A DNA stretch of 64,000 nt from Pseudomonadota bacterium (GTDB taxonomy: Bacteria > Pseudomonadota > Gammaproteobacteria > Xanthomonadales > Rhodanobacteraceae). Positions 38,683 to 49,663 of the stretch are shown piece by piece. A program made the position numbers and the translations under genes. The notes below the pieces were generated by a model, which had not been told where the DNA came from, ran no database searches, and was given only the letters and a program-made list of their open reading frames with translations. Position 1 is the stretch's first letter. Each line of letters starts with the position of its first letter. The stretch covers positions 79,120-143,119 of the forward strand of contig JAKAWV010000005.1 in the NCBI GenBank assembly GCA_021827205.1, written 5' to 3'.

Positions 38683-38765
38683 GGTTTCATGCAACTCCTG
38701 CTGCTGGCGCAGGCCGAATTCCGCGCCGCTCGGCGCGCGCATGAACTAGACCTGCACAGCTCCGC

Positions 38766-40913
38766 TCAATGCGCGGAATCCAGCAGCCGCTGCGCCTCGT
38801 CCTTCTGCAGCTGGCTGCCTTCGGCGAGCACTTCCTCGAGCATGGAACGCGCGCCTTCGCGGTCGCCCATGTCGAGATACGCGCGCGCCAGGTCGAGTTT
38901 GGTATCGATGGGATCGCTGTCGAAACCGGAACTGGTGCCAGTCATCGGCGCATAGGGATCCTCAAAGCCCTGCTCGACGTGCGCGTCCAACTGATGCAAG
39001 GGCGGCTGCGTCGCCGCCATGCCCGGCTCGGCGAGTTCGGGGGCGGATTCAGCCAGATCGAAAGCGGCGTCGAAAGAATCCGCGCGTGTCTCGGTCGCTG
39101 CGGCCGCGCCGGCAAAAAGAGCGTGCTGAGGACGTAATTCGGCGCCCATGGTGACCACGGCCTGCCACTCGGCTGCGCCCGGATCATCGACTTGTGCGTG
39201 CATGGCTTCAGCGGTGGCGACGAAGGCATCGGCATCGCTGCGCGCGTACTGCAGGGAGGCCAGTTCCAGGTACAACCCCAGATCGTGCGGATGCTGCTGC
39301 AATTCGGTTTGCAGTTGTGCCGCGTCCTCGTCCACGTGTCCGGCATCTGCAGACGCGCTGGCTTCGGCGTCTGCGAACATTGGTCCATCGGCCGCGAACT
39401 CGTCGGCTAGCGAGGCGCGCGGCGCGGGCGCCGGTTTGCGCTTGCGACCCAGCGTGAACCCGAGCAGCCCCAGCAGAATCACGATCGCGGCCCCCCCCAG
39501 CACCATGGGACGCATGTAGAACGGCGTTTCGACCTCGGGTAGCGGCCGGGGCTTGACCACCGGCTTGAGCGCCGGCTTGGCGACTGTGGTGGGTGGCGTG
39601 GCGGCGACGCTGGCTGGCGTTGCCGGCATTGCTATCGCCACACTGCCCGCATGCGCGGGCGTGCTGCTGCGGGTCACCGCCGGGGCGCCGGCTCGGGTCA
39701 TCGCGCTGACCGGACTGGCCGGCGTGACGACTGCAGCCGCCCTGGCGGTTGCGCTGGACTCGACTTGAGCCAGCTTGGCCTGCAATTGCGCGATTTCGTT
39801 GTTCTTCAGCGCCAATAGTTTGGCGTTGTTGGTGGTGAGCTGCTGCAGTTGCTCGACGCGCGCCTTGAGATCCGCGCTGTTCATTTTTTCACTGGCCAGA
39901 CTTTCCTCGGCACGTGCCAGATGCCGCTTGAGTCCGGCCACGGCGGCATCACCGGTACCGCCCTTGACCCCGGCGCGGGTGACCGCGCCACCGCCGCGAG
40001 CGGGTGGCACCAGTTCAAGGCGTCCACCAGAAGGCGCGGGGGCTTGCCGTGTCGGCGCGTGCGTGGCGGCTGCACTGGAGGCATTCAGCAGCGGCTGCGG
40101 GGCACGACCTCGCCAGTCCTCGATTTGCCGGCGCACCGCAGCGCGTGCCGCTGCGGGCGGAATCGCGCTGGCCGTGGCTGCGGAAGGGATACGCAGAATC
40201 GCGCCGCGCTTGAGTTCATTGATGTTGTCGTGGATGAAAGCCTGCGGGTTTTCCTGTTGCAGCGCGCGCAGCATCTGATCGATGTTCACACCAGCGGGCA
40301 AATTGCGCTGGGCGATGGCGTACAGCGTGTCGCCGCTGTGCACGGTGTAGCTGCCGTTGCCGGCGGAACTCGCCACCGCGCTCGATGGCACGCTCGTGCT
40401 GCTTGTGGTCGCGGGCGTCGCAGACGTCGCGGGGATAGCAGTCTGCTGTATCGGCGGGCTATGCAAGCGCGCCGAGTGCGGTGCTGGTACCGCAACCGGC
40501 GCGCTGCTGGCAAACCCCGGCGGATCGAGCAGTACCGTGTATTCGCGGATCAGCTTGCCGTTGGCCCAGCCGGCATCCAGCAGGAAATCGATGTAGGGAT
40601 CACGCACCGGATCGGCCGTGGTCACGCGGATGGCTTTGCCGCCGTCGGGCGTGGTGATCACGGCGAACTGCAGCGGAATCGCCATCTGGTTGGTGCTGAT
40701 GCCGGCACGCTGATAATCGGCCGGCGAGGCGATCGCCAGGTGCAGGCTCTTGGCTTCTCTCGCGTTATCAAAGCGCAACGGAATCTCGGCCAGCAGGGGC
40801 TGCCCCAGCGCAGATTTGACCTGGATCCGGCCCAGACCCAGCGCTAGGGCTTGCTGCGTGCCCAGTACCAGTGCTACCGCAACAGCCAGCGATGCCACAC
40901 GTTTCATCGTCAA
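38766..40913 (-). CDS. fimV: FimV/HubP-family polar landmark protein
   Basis: Signal peptide, LysM (YTVHSGDTLYAIAQ), coiled-coil, one TM segment, an acidic region, and the C-terminal FimV motif LDLARAYLDMGDREGARSMLEEVL. Confidence 0.8.
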   Translation of the reverse strand: MTMKRVASLAVAVALVLGTQQALALGLGRIQVKSALGQPLLAEIPLRFDNAREAKSLHLAIASPADYQRAGISTNQMAIPLQFAVITTPDGGKAIRVTTADPVRDPYIDFLLDAGWANGKLIREYTVLLDPPGFASSAPVAVPAPHSARLHSPPIQQTAIPATSATPATTSSTSVPSSAVASSAGNGSYTVHSGDTLYAIAQRNLPAGVNIDQMLRALQQENPQAFIHDNINELKRGAILRIPSAATASAIPPAAARAAVRRQIEDWRGRAPQPLLNASSAAATHAPTRQAPAPSGGRLELVPPARGGGAVTRAGVKGGTGDAAVAGLKRHLARAEESLASEKMNSADLKARVEQLQQLTTNNAKLLALKNNEIAQLQAKLAQVESSATARAAAVVTPASPVSAMTRAGAPAVTRSSTPAHAGSVAIAMPATPASVAATPPTTVAKPALKPVVKPRPLPEVETPFYMRPMVLGGAAIVILLGLLGFTLGRKRKPAPAPRASLADEFAADGPMFADAEASASADAGHVDEDAAQLQTELQQHPHDLGLYLELASLQYARSDADAFVATAEAMHAQVDDPGAAEWQAVVTMGAELRPQHALFAGAAAATETRADSFDAAFDLAESAPELAEPGMAATQPPLHQLDAHVEQGFEDPYAPMTGTSSGFDSDPIDTKLDLARAYLDMGDREGARSMLEEVLAEGSQLQKDEAQRLLDSAH

Positions 40914-40979
40914 GCCCCCAGTCGTTGGATGCCGACGCCAACATGCGATGGCGCCTGAGCAAAGTGGCGCAACTTTAGA

Positions 40980-42008
40980 TCAGATTGAGCTTTTCACCAA
41001 GATTTCAGCAATCTGCACGGCGTTGAGCGCGGCGCCCTTGCGGATGTTGTCGGCCACCACCCACAGGTCCAGTCCGCGCGGATGCGAGATGTCCTCGCGG
41101 ATGCGACCGACATACACGGGGTCGGTGCCGGCCGCGTGAGTCACCGGGGTGGGATAGCCTCCGGGGATGCGCTCGTCAACCAACGCCACACCGGGCGCGG
41201 CCTGCAGCAGCTCACGGGCACGTGCGACAGTGATCTTGTCGCGAGTCTCGATGTGCACGGCCTCGGCGTGACCGTAGAACACCGGCACGCGCACCACGGT
41301 CGGGTTCACCTGGATAGTCCCGTCATCGAGGATCTTGCGCGTTTCCCAGACAAGCTTCATCTCCTCGCTGGTGTAGCCGTTTTCAAGAAAGTCGCCACCG
41401 TGCGGAATCACGTTGAATGCGATCTGCACCGGGAACTTCGATGGCTCGACGCTCTGGAAGCTGAGCATGGCCGCAGTCTGCCTGCCCAGCTCTTCCATGC
41501 CCGAACGCCCGGCGCCCGAAACCGACTGGTAGGTGGCGACATTGATACGCTCGATGCCCACGGCGCGGTGGATCGGCGCCAGCGCCACCAGCATCTGCAT
41601 GGTCGAGCAGTTGGGGTTGGCGATGATGCCACGCGCGGTATGCTGCGCGATGGCATGCGGATTGACCTCGCTGACCACCAGCGGCACGTCGTCCTGATAG
41701 CGGAACTCGGCGGTGTTGTCGATCACCACCGCGCCCGCCGCCACCGCGCGTGGCGCATGTTCACGGCTGACCGCGCCGCCGGCGGAGAAGAACGCGATGT
41801 CCACGCCGGCGAAATCGAATCCGGCGAGGTTGCGCACCGTGATGCGCCGGCCGCCGAAGCTGATCGTCTCGCCGGACGAACGCTCGCTGGCCAGCGGCAC
41901 CAGATCGCCGACCGGGAACTCGCGCTCGGCGAGGATTTGCAGCAGGGTTTCACCGACGGCGCCGGTGGCGCCGGCCATGGCGACGATGTAGGTATTTTTC
42001 TTGCTCAT
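40980..42008 (-). CDS. asd: aspartate-semialdehyde dehydrogenase
   Basis: GATGAVG NAD motif and the active-site NPNCSTMQ. 342 aa. Confidence 0.95.
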   Translation of the reverse strand: MSKKNTYIVAMAGATGAVGETLLQILAEREFPVGDLVPLASERSSGETISFGGRRITVRNLAGFDFAGVDIAFFSAGGAVSREHAPRAVAAGAVVIDNTAEFRYQDDVPLVVSEVNPHAIAQHTARGIIANPNCSTMQMLVALAPIHRAVGIERINVATYQSVSGAGRSGMEELGRQTAAMLSFQSVEPSKFPVQIAFNVIPHGGDFLENGYTSEEMKLVWETRKILDDGTIQVNPTVVRVPVFYGHAEAVHIETRDKITVARARELLQAAPGVALVDERIPGGYPTPVTHAAGTDPVYVGRIREDISHPRGLDLWVVADNIRKGAALNAVQIAEILVKSSI

Positions 42009-42113
42009 GCGGGACTCGGGGCTCAGGGGTGATCATGACGAAATGTGCGAACACGATGGATCCTGATCGGGGCGCTGATCAGGCCGTGGGGGTACGGATG
42101 ATGATGCGTGATC

Positions 42114-43208
42114 CTAGCCACCCGGAATGCGCGGCGCGACCGGCCCGACATCGCCGCATTGCGCGCGCTGGCGCAAGGCCTGATCCATCAGCACCAGTGC
42201 CACCATCGCCTCGGCGATGGGCGTGGCGCGAATGCCGACGCAGGGATCGTGACGGCCGCTGGTGACGACTTCGGTTGGCTGGCCCTGCATGTTCACGCTG
42301 CGCCCCGGGATGCGGATGCTGGACGTCGGCTTCAGCGCGATCGAGCAGGTCACATTCTGGCCGCTGCTGATGCCGCCGAGGATGCCACCGGCGTGGTTGC
42401 TGGCAAAACCCTGCGGCGTCAACTCGTCGCGGTGCGTGCTGCCGTGCTGGGCGATGGCGGCGAAGCCGTCGCCGATCTCGACGCCCTTGACCGCGTTGAT
42501 GCTCATCAGCGCGGCGGCCAGTTCGGCATCGAGTTTGCCGTAGACCGGCTCGCCCCAGCCCGGCGGCACGCCTTCGGCCAGCACGTTGACGCGCGCACCG
42601 ACTGAATCGCCGGCCTTGCGCAGCGCGTCCATCGCGGCTTCGAGTTCGGGCACCTGCGTGGCATCGGGCCAGAAGAAGGCGTTCCGCTCGACCGCGTCCC
42701 AGTCGAAGCTGCGCGGCGTGATCGCGCCGAGTTGCGCCAGATAACCGCGCACGCGCACAGCGTGCTTCTCGTCCAGCCATTTCCTGGCAATCACGCCGGC
42801 GGCGACGCGCATCGTGGTCTCGCGCGCCGAGCTACGTCCGCCGCCACGCGGATCGCGGATGCCGTACTTGTGCCAGTAGGTGTAATCGGCGTGCGCCGGG
42901 CGAAAGGTGTCGAGCAGATCGTCGTAGTCGCGCGAGCGCGCGTCGGTGTTGCGAATCAGCAACGCGATCGGCGTGCCTGTGGTCTGCCCTTGGTACACGC
43001 CGGAAAGAATCTCGACGGCGTCCTCCTCGCGCCGCTGCGAGGTATGGCGCGTGCGCCCGGTGGCGCGCCGCGCGAGATCGGCGACGAAATCCTCGGCGGC
43101 CAGCAGCAGTCCCGGTGGGCAGCCATCGACCACGCAGCCGATGGCCGGGCCGTGGCTTTCGCCAAAGGTGGTGACGGTGAGGAGTTTGCCGAAGGCGTTG
43201 CTGGACAC
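42114..43208 (-). CDS. aroC: chorismate synthase
   Basis: Starts (GTG) [33 protein letters not shown]. Full-length collinearity with AroC. The start codon was chosen by homology. Confidence 0.9.
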   Translation of the reverse strand: MSSNAFGKLLTVTTFGESHGPAIGCVVDGCPPGLLLAAEDFVADLARRATGRTRHTSQRREEDAVEILSGVYQGQTTGTPIALLIRNTDARSRDYDDLLDTFRPAHADYTYWHKYGIRDPRGGGRSSARETTMRVAAGVIARKWLDEKHAVRVRGYLAQLGAITPRSFDWDAVERNAFFWPDATQVPELEAAMDALRKAGDSVGARVNVLAEGVPPGWGEPVYGKLDAELAAALMSINAVKGVEIGDGFAAIAQHGSTHRDELTPQGFASNHAGGILGGISSGQNVTCSIALKPTSSIRIPGRSVNMQGQPTEVVTSGRHDPCVGIRATPIAEAMVALVLMDQALRQRAQCGDVGPVAPRIPGG

Positions 43209-43243
43209 GGATGGGATGAGTCGGAAGTGGGAAGTGCGGAAAA

Positions 43244-44164
43244 TTATGCACGCGTGGCGGCGACAGAGTGGATTGCGGCGGCGTGTTCGAGCAATGCGGC
43301 GCGTTCGATCAGAAACACGCCCATGGGGCCGACCTTGAAATCCAGCCACAGCAGGGGCAATTCGGGCAGCAACTCGGTCAGCGCGCGCGCGCTTTCGCCC
43401 ACCTCGACGATCAGCAGCCCGTCATCGCGCAAATGCTGCGGCGCGTCGCGCAGGATGCGCAGCACCAGATCCAGCCCGTCGACACCCGCGGTCAGCCCCA
43501 ACTTGGGCTCGTGCGCGTATTCGCCGGGCATGACCACGTATTCAGCCTCGGTGACATAGGGCGGATTGGACACGATCACGTCGTAGCGCTCGCCCATCAA
43601 CGCCGAGAACAAATCGGACTGTAGTGCGCGCACGCGCTCCTCGACGTGCTGGAAGGCGATGTTCTCGCGCGCCAGCGCCAATGCATCCTCACTGATGTCG
43701 GCCAGATCCACCTGCCAGTCCGGGTTGTGCGCGGCCATGGCGATACCGATGCAACCCGAGCCGGTGCACAGGTCCAGCGCGCGCTGCATGTCGCGGTCAT
43801 CCAGCCACGGCGCGAAGCCGTTTTCGATCAGTTCGGCGATGGGTGAGCGCGGCACCAGCGCGCGTGCATCGGACTTGAACTTGAGCCCGGCGAACCAGGC
43901 TGTACCCACCAGATACGCCACCGGGATGCGCTCGGCGATGCGGCGCTCGATCAGCGCCAGCACGCGCAGACGCTCCGCGCACGTCAGATGCGCCTGTGCG
44001 TAGGCCGGCGGCAAATCGGGCGGCAGACGCAGGCTGGCCAGCACCAGGTTCGTGGCTTCATCCAGCGCGTTGTCGTGGCTGTGACCGAAGGTTAGGCCGG
44101 CTTCATCAAAACGGCTCGCCGCGTAGCGGATGAAATCGAGCAAGGTGGCAAGCGCGTCGGTCAC
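43244..44164 (-). CDS. prmB: 50S ribosomal protein L3 glutamine methyltransferase
   Basis: SAM motif [10 protein letters not shown] and NPPY (SNPPYV). aroC lies downstream, the common prmB-aroC pairing. The GTG start is uncertain. Confidence 0.85.
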   Translation of the reverse strand: MTDALATLLDFIRYAASRFDEAGLTFGHSHDNALDEATNLVLASLRLPPDLPPAYAQAHLTCAERLRVLALIERRIAERIPVAYLVGTAWFAGLKFKSDARALVPRSPIAELIENGFAPWLDDRDMQRALDLCTGSGCIGIAMAAHNPDWQVDLADISEDALALARENIAFQHVEERVRALQSDLFSALMGERYDVIVSNPPYVTEAEYVVMPGEYAHEPKLGLTAGVDGLDLVLRILRDAPQHLRDDGLLIVEVGESARALTELLPELPLLWLDFKVGPMGVFLIERAALLEHAAAIHSVAATRA

Positions 44165-44311
44165 GGTGAGTCGCTGCAGTGGGCGCGCCAGTATAAGGTG
44201 GATTGGCGCGGTTTCCGGCGCTTCGATCGGCGTTGCATGAAGGTCGCGGCGCGATATCCAGGGCGCCGCGCGCGGTCCGATTGCGCATGGTGGCATCGCT
44301 ATACTGGCGCA

Positions 44312-44929
44312 ATGAAACGAACCCTTGCGCAGCTCGCCGGCCTTGCGCTGACTCTGGCCGTGCTGACCCTCGCCGGTTGCAACCAGCGTGCCGCGCCACC
44401 ACCTGCGCTGGAGGTCGCGCAGTTGTTCCCGACGCCGCGCGATGTGCCCGCATTCACGCTGACGCATAGCGACGGCAAACCGCTAACGAACGCCGACTGG
44501 AAAGGCCGCTACACACTGGTGTTCATGGGTTACACCAATTGTCCAGACATCTGCCCGACCACGTTGCTGACGATGCACAGGATGTGGGCCGAGCTGGAAA
44601 AGGCCGGCGTCACTGACCGGGTCGCAGTCGAATTCATATCGGTGGACCCCAAGCGTGATACACCCAAGCGTCTGGCCGAGTACGTGCACGGGTTCGATCC
44701 GGCCTTTGCCGGCGCGACCGGCAGTGAGGCGCAGCTTGAAAAGCTCTCGAAGGCGCTGCTGCTGCCATTCAAGATCGTGCCCGGCGCGCACGGCGACTAC
44801 AGCGTGGATCACAGCGCCACGGTGGCCATCATCGGGCCGGATGCGCGCGAGATCGGCGTGTTCATGCCGCCGCTGCACGCCGCGCCCATGGCCGTCGATT
44901 TGCAGCGCATGGCCGCCTGGAAGCCCTGA
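44312..44929 (+). CDS. SCO/SenC-family copper chaperone lipoprotein
   Basis: Lipobox LTLAGC and the thioredoxin-like CPDICP motif with a downstream His. Confidence 0.85.
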   Translation: MKRTLAQLAGLALTLAVLTLAGCNQRAAPPPALEVAQLFPTPRDVPAFTLTHSDGKPLTNADWKGRYTLVFMGYTNCPDICPTTLLTMHRMWAELEKAGVTDRVAVEFISVDPKRDTPKRLAEYVHGFDPAFAGATGSEAQLEKLSKALLLPFKIVPGAHGDYSVDHSATVAIIGPDAREIGVFMPPLHAAPMAVDLQRMAAWKP

Positions 44930-45777
44930 TGCGCTTTTCGGTAGCGGTAAGTCACATGCTGCCGCAACACGCCTTGAGCGCGTTGGTGCGCGTGGCCGCG
45001 CGCTGGCGTTGGCGGCCGTGGAAGAACTGGCTGATCCAGCGCGTGGTACGCGGTTATGGTGTGGATCTGGCCGAGGCGGAAAGCGCCGATGTGGCCAGCT
45101 ACGCGCACTTCGATGCCTTTTTCACGCGCGCGCTCAAGCCTGGCGTGCGCCCACTGGATGCCGATCCACGCAGCCTGCTGTGCCCGGCCGACGGGCGCAT
45201 CAGTCAGGCCGGCGCGATTCGCAACGGGCGCATCGTGCAGGCCAAGGGCCGCGATTACAGCGTGGCTGAACTGCTGGGCGATGCCGCCGCGACGCAGCGC
45301 TATGCCGAGGGCAGTTTCGTCAACGTCTACCTCTCGCCACGCGACTATCACCGCGTGCACATGCCCTGTGCCGGGCGGCTGGTTGAGACGCTGCATATCC
45401 CGGGGCGCCTGTTCGGCGTGGCGCCGGCCGCGGTCGCCGGGGTCGACCGGTTATTCGCGCGCAATGAGCGCCTGGTTTGCCACTTCGAAAGCGAGCATGG
45501 CCTGTTCGTGGTGATCATGGTCGGCGCACTGCTGGTTTCGGGCATCTCCACGATATGGGCAGGTCATGCCATACCGCCGTATGCACATGCGCCGCAGCGC
45601 GTGCGCCACGCAGGGCCGCAACTGGAAGCCGGCGCTGAAATGGCGCGCTTCCACATGGGCTCGACGGTAATCGTATTGTTGCCCGCGGGCGCGGTCAGCC
45701 TGCGGGCTAACCTGGTGCCCGAGTTGACCGTGCGTATGGGCCAGCGGCTGGGCACATTGTCCAGCCCGGCCAACTGA
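44929..45777 (+). CDS. psd: phosphatidylserine decarboxylase proenzyme
   Basis: LSPRDYHRVHMP block and the self-cleavage site MGSTV. The ATG overlaps the SCO stop. Confidence 0.9.
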   Translation: MRFSVAVSHMLPQHALSALVRVAARWRWRPWKNWLIQRVVRGYGVDLAEAESADVASYAHFDAFFTRALKPGVRPLDADPRSLLCPADGRISQAGAIRNGRIVQAKGRDYSVAELLGDAAATQRYAEGSFVNVYLSPRDYHRVHMPCAGRLVETLHIPGRLFGVAPAAVAGVDRLFARNERLVCHFESEHGLFVVIMVGALLVSGISTIWAGHAIPPYAHAPQRVRHAGPQLEAGAEMARFHMGSTVIVLLPAGAVSLRANLVPELTVRMGQRLGTLSSPAN

Positions 45778-45883
45778 CCCGCCGCGTCACTTTGTGACGC
45801 CAAGCGCGTATACTCGCAATCGAGCCGTCTAGGCTGACGCCCGCTGCCACGAACACCCGGGATCGGGAGATGGGGAGAGCACT

Positions 45884-46330
45884 ATGCAGTTAGTCGCACG
45901 AGTCGTTGCCATGAGCCGGGCGCTGCGCCTGAGCCGCCAGTTGCGTCAAATCGAATCTGCGATCACGGACTTGTCCGCGCCCTTGCGCGACACCCTGGCT
46001 TCGCTCACCGTGAAGGAACTGGCCAATGCCGCGCGCGCCGAGTTTCCGCACTTGTACGGTTCGACGCCGGACAAGGTCTACCAGACGTGGGGGGAAGGTG
46101 CCGACGTCGGCCTTGAGCGCGCGCGCTCGGACAACGCCCAGGTGCGCGTGCGTGGCATCGCGCTGTGGATCGCGGTGGTCTACCACGAGACCGAAAACGC
46201 CGATCACGCCGCCTTGACCAGCGTGCACAAACAGGTGTTGCGCCTGTTGCGCGTGATCAAGGAATCCGCCGGAGCCAAGCCCGAGGTCTACGCGCAGTGG
46301 GCCGCCGATGGTCGCGGCGAAGCAGCCTGA
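45884..46330 (+). CDS. hypothetical protein (148 aa)
   Basis: GGAGA SD and GC3-rich codons. No recognisable motif. Confidence 0.5.
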   Translation: MQLVARVVAMSRALRLSRQLRQIESAITDLSAPLRDTLASLTVKELANAARAEFPHLYGSTPDKVYQTWGEGADVGLERARSDNAQVRVRGIALWIAVVYHETENADHAALTSVHKQVLRLLRVIKESAGAKPEVYAQWAADGRGEAA

Positions 46331-46505
46331 GACACCACTTGTCACTTGATCGGCGCACGCGATCGGCGCCCCGGGGCGAGGAGCCCATCATGCGTTTGCC
46401 GAAGCCAGAAAGCGCCGCGTCCGCTCGCATGCTCGTTGCGCGGTAAACCGTCCACGGCTTGCGGATGATTGGTACGTGTGCAGTCCTTGAGCGCGCGGAT
46501 TCCCC

Positions 46506-48359
46506 TCAACTGCGGCGACAGGACGGCAGCCGCAACTCCATGCCGGCGGTGATCAGGTACGGCGCGCCCAATCCGTTCGCCTGCGCAATCGACGCCACAT
46601 CCTGACAGCCAAAGCGCTGCGCGATGCCGTTCAAGGTGTCACCAGGTCGCACGTGATAGGTGCGCGCGACCGCCACATCGCGTTGTGCCATGGCTCCGCA
46701 GGCCGGCACGCGCAGATCCATGCCCGGCTTGATCATGTACGCCGGCGCGCTGAGATCATTGGCGCGCGCAATGTCCAAGGGATCGGCACAACCGAAATGC
46801 TGCGCGATGCCGTTCAATGTGTCGCCCGGCTGCACGCGATAGCTGCGCGCGGCGGCCATATCGCGCTGCGGCATGCCCCCGCATGCTGGAACGCGCAAAT
46901 CCATGCCCGGCCTGATCATGTATGCAGGTGCGCGCAGATGATTGGCGCGCGCTATATCCAGCGGGTCCGCGCAACCAAGGTGCTGCGCGATGCCGTTCAA
47001 AGTGTCACCGGGGCGCACCTGGTAGCGCCTCACCACGGCCATTTCGCGACGCGGCGTGGGCGCAGCCCAGACCGGCGGTGGCGCCGCCGCGTGCAAGGTG
47101 TCGGCCAATGCCGTCCAGCGGCTGTTGGGCGCGCACTCGGAGGCGTAAGCACCTTCCAATTGCTTGGGAATGCGCAAGCTCGTGCCGGCCGGCTGCACCG
47201 CCTGCGGATCGAGCTGTGGATTGAGGTTGCGCAGCGTGCGAAACCAGCCGTCCTGCATGCCTCCAGCCTGCCCCAGACACACGGTCAATTCGGATAGCGA
47301 AGCGGGGGCCAGCAGGCTGACCTGACCTGGCACGCCGTTGATCCGCGGAAACTTGAGGTTGTAGCGATCCGGATGCAGAAACAGCCACGCCGCAGCCAGC
47401 ACCATGGGCACATATTCCCGGGTTTCCGGCGGTAGCTCGTTGTAAACCTGCGGCGACCAGAAGCTGGCATCCGTGGGCCCTGCCAAACGTCCGATGAAAC
47501 CCGGGCCGCCGTTGTAAGCCGCCAGCGTCAATTCGAGATTGTCGTTGAACGCCTTCAATTGCTGGTTGATGAACTCGGCATTGGCCAGTGCCTCCATGCG
47601 CGGATCAAAACGCTGGTCAAAACCGTTGACCACCTTGAGGCCATATTGCGCGGCGGTCGCCGGCATGAATTGCAGCGGGCCGGCAGCGCCGGCACGCGAC
47701 ACTGCGTGCACCTTGCCAGCCGATTCCTTGGCCATGATGCCGAACAGCAGCGCCTCGGGCAGGCCGGCCTTGTGATACGCGGGCTCCATTTCGGCGCGCA
47801 GGAACTGGTAATTGACGTAGCTCGACATCAGTTGCCCGCGCATCTGCGTCAGCCATTCCTCGATGGCGGCCTTGACCGCATCGTTGTTGGCGACCAGATC
47901 CGACAAACCGCCGTTTTTCAGCAGCGCCACCGCACGCTGCGACTGCGGCACGACTTGCAGCACCGGCGAGGACTCTCCGGCCAGCGCATCGGCATCGGTG
48001 CCAACCAGCGCGGCGCGATCACCGCCGACGTGCTCACGCAAATGCATCATGTGATCGTAGGTGGCGCTGACGCGCTGCATGTCGCAGCCCGGCGTGCCGG
48101 CGCAAGACTGCGCTGCAGCGGAAACCTGATCGAGCGCATTGAGGATGGCCTGCCCGGCACCGGGATCATCGCGATGCTGCGCGGCCAGCGCGTCCTGATA
48201 CGACTGCACGCCCTGATCCAGCGCGGTGTAGATGGCGCCGACCTTGCCCGCGCCGGATCGCGCCACATTGCCACCTGCACCCGGGCTCTGGGCGGGACCA
48301 TTGACGCTGGCGCAACCCGACAATGCCACTGCGATGAGCGCCACCAACGTGATCGTCAT
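46506..48359 (-). CDS. MltD-like lytic transglycosylase lipoprotein with three C-terminal LysM domains
   Basis: Lipobox AVALSGC, SLT catalytic block AKESAGKVHAVSRAGAAGPLQFMPATA, and three LysM repeats (VxPGDTLNGIAQ). Confidence 0.85.
   Translation of the reverse strand: MTITLVALIAVALSGCASVNGPAQSPGAGGNVARSGAGKVGAIYTALDQGVQSYQDALAAQHRDDPGAGQAILNALDQVSAAAQSCAGTPGCDMQRVSATYDHMMHLREHVGGDRAALVGTDADALAGESSPVLQVVPQSQRAVALLKNGGLSDLVANNDAVKAAIEEWLTQMRGQLMSSYVNYQFLRAEMEPAYHKAGLPEALLFGIMAKESAGKVHAVSRAGAAGPLQFMPATAAQYGLKVVNGFDQRFDPRMEALANAEFINQQLKAFNDNLELTLAAYNGGPGFIGRLAGPTDASFWSPQVYNELPPETREYVPMVLAAAWLFLHPDRYNLKFPRINGVPGQVSLLAPASLSELTVCLGQAGGMQDGWFRTLRNLNPQLDPQAVQPAGTSLRIPKQLEGAYASECAPNSRWTALADTLHAAAPPPVWAAPTPRREMAVVRRYQVRPGDTLNGIAQHLGCADPLDIARANHLRAPAYMIRPGMDLRVPACGGMPQRDMAAARSYRVQPGDTLNGIAQHFGCADPLDIARANDLSAPAYMIKPGMDLRVPACGAMAQRDVAVARTYHVRPGDTLNGIAQRFGCQDVASIAQANGLGAPYLITAGMELRLPSCRRS
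46509..47048 (-). repeat. three tandem 183-bp (61-codon) LysM-encoding repeats
   Basis: Units R(E/D)MA..R.Y.V.PGDTLNGIAQHxGCADPLDIARAN.L.APAYMI.PGMDLRVPACG. The first two units are nearly identical at protein level. Each carries a Cys pair. Confidence 0.8.
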
Positions 48360-48656
48360 ACTGGAACTGCCGTATCGGATTGCCACGTCGTACCACTCCG
48401 CTTCGCATGCAATGCGCGCACGGTAGCCGTGCGCGCGATTTAGCTCAAGCTCCGCATGCAGGTTTTGCGCAACCCGCAGCGCGGCACACAGACACGTGCC
48501 GGCCGTGGGTGCGGGGCTAGAATCGAAACCCAAGGAGATATGTCATGGCAGCGAAAACGGACCACGGCATCACAGAAAACTCATCCGGCAGGCAATTGCC
48601 GTGCGGCTTGCCGAGTTCGCCCGCACGCGGGCGCTGAGCGGCATCGAGCCAGGCAC

Positions 48657-49172
48657 ATGAGTCGCTGGCGGCCGCCACAACCCGGCTCCACCGCGGTGAT
48701 CACGCGCGCCGGATTCGAGGTGCTGCGCGCGGAATTGGATGAGTTGTGGCATCGCCGCCGGCCCGAGATAGTCAAGGCGCTGGCCGCAGCCGCAGCCGAG
48801 GGCGATCGCTCGGAGAACGCCGAGTACACCTACCGCAAGAAGCAATTGAGCGAGATCGACCGGCGCGTGCGTTATCTGAGCAAACGCCTGCCCGTGCTGC
48901 GCGTGATCGAGCAGACCCCGACGCGCACCGACACGGTGTACTTCGGGGCCTGGGTGCAGCTTGAAGACGAGGAAGGCGCGCGCCATGGCTACCGCATCGT
49001 CGGGCCGGACGAGATCGACCCGGCGCGCTGCTGGATCAGCATCGACTCGCCGCTGGCGCGCGCCCTGCTGGGCAAGCACATCGATGATGGCGCTGAAGCC
49101 ATCCTGCCCGGCGGCGCGCGCCGCTTCGCAGTGCGCATGATCAGCTATGCGCCGAAGTCCGAGTCAGCGTGA
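48657..49172 (+). CDS. greB: transcription elongation factor GreB
   Basis: [17 protein letters not shown]...[16 protein letters not shown]...[14 protein letters not shown]. Confidence 0.9.
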   Translation: MSRWRPPQPGSTAVITRAGFEVLRAELDELWHRRRPEIVKALAAAAAEGDRSENAEYTYRKKQLSEIDRRVRYLSKRLPVLRVIEQTPTRTDTVYFGAWVQLEDEEGARHGYRIVGPDEIDPARCWISIDSPLARALLGKHIDDGAEAILPGGARRFAVRMISYAPKSESA

Positions 49173-49663
49173 GCGCAGCCACGCCAGCGCCATGGGAAGC
49201 GTATCGCGCCGCGCATTACGCGGTGCGCATGCCGGGCGGCGCGCGCATCATGCTGCGGCCCGATGTCGCACCCCATGCGTCCTTGTGTTCATGGCTGGGT
49301 GTCGATAAATCGTGGGCCATGCTCACAGCATGGAACCCGCGATCGGAGCCCTGCCCCGCGGCCGACAATCGTGCCGCGACGCGCGCGTTGCGCATTGCAT
49401 TGACGCGGCGTTTTCCCGCCGCGCGCTGGCTGCCAGCGCAGAGCACAGCGCCCGATGGGCAGTGGCGCGAGGTGCAGTTGCTGGTTGCGGGCGCGGCGCG
49501 GCATGCATTGGCGATCTTGGCCTGGCGCTTCGGGCAGATCGCCATCCTTGACGGCCGCTGTGGCGGTCGCGTACGCCTGCGCCGACTGGACACCGGGCTC
49601 GGTGCGCGGCTGGCGCGCATGGACAGCGACGCGGCGGCATGGGCAGAATCCGCGGTCGCATGA
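49169..49663 (+). CDS. DUF3293-like protein
   Basis: WAMLTAWNP...[11 protein letters not shown]... pattern. GTGA overlap with the greB stop and ATGA overlap with the ccmA start. Confidence 0.55.
   Translation: MSAATPAPWEAYRAAHYAVRMPGGARIMLRPDVAPHASLCSWLGVDKSWAMLTAWNPRSEPCPAADNRAATRALRIALTRRFPAARWLPAQSTAPDGQWREVQLLVAGAARHALAILAWRFGQIAILDGRCGGRVRLRRLDTGLGARLARMDSDAAAWAESAVA

Noticed and set aside
46390-46446. 18-codon ORF (MRLPKPESAASARMLVAR) with a GAGGAG SD between the hypothetical gene and the MltD-like gene
   Set aside because: It is too short and has no context to support it. It may be chance or a leader peptide, and I cannot tell which from the sequence.
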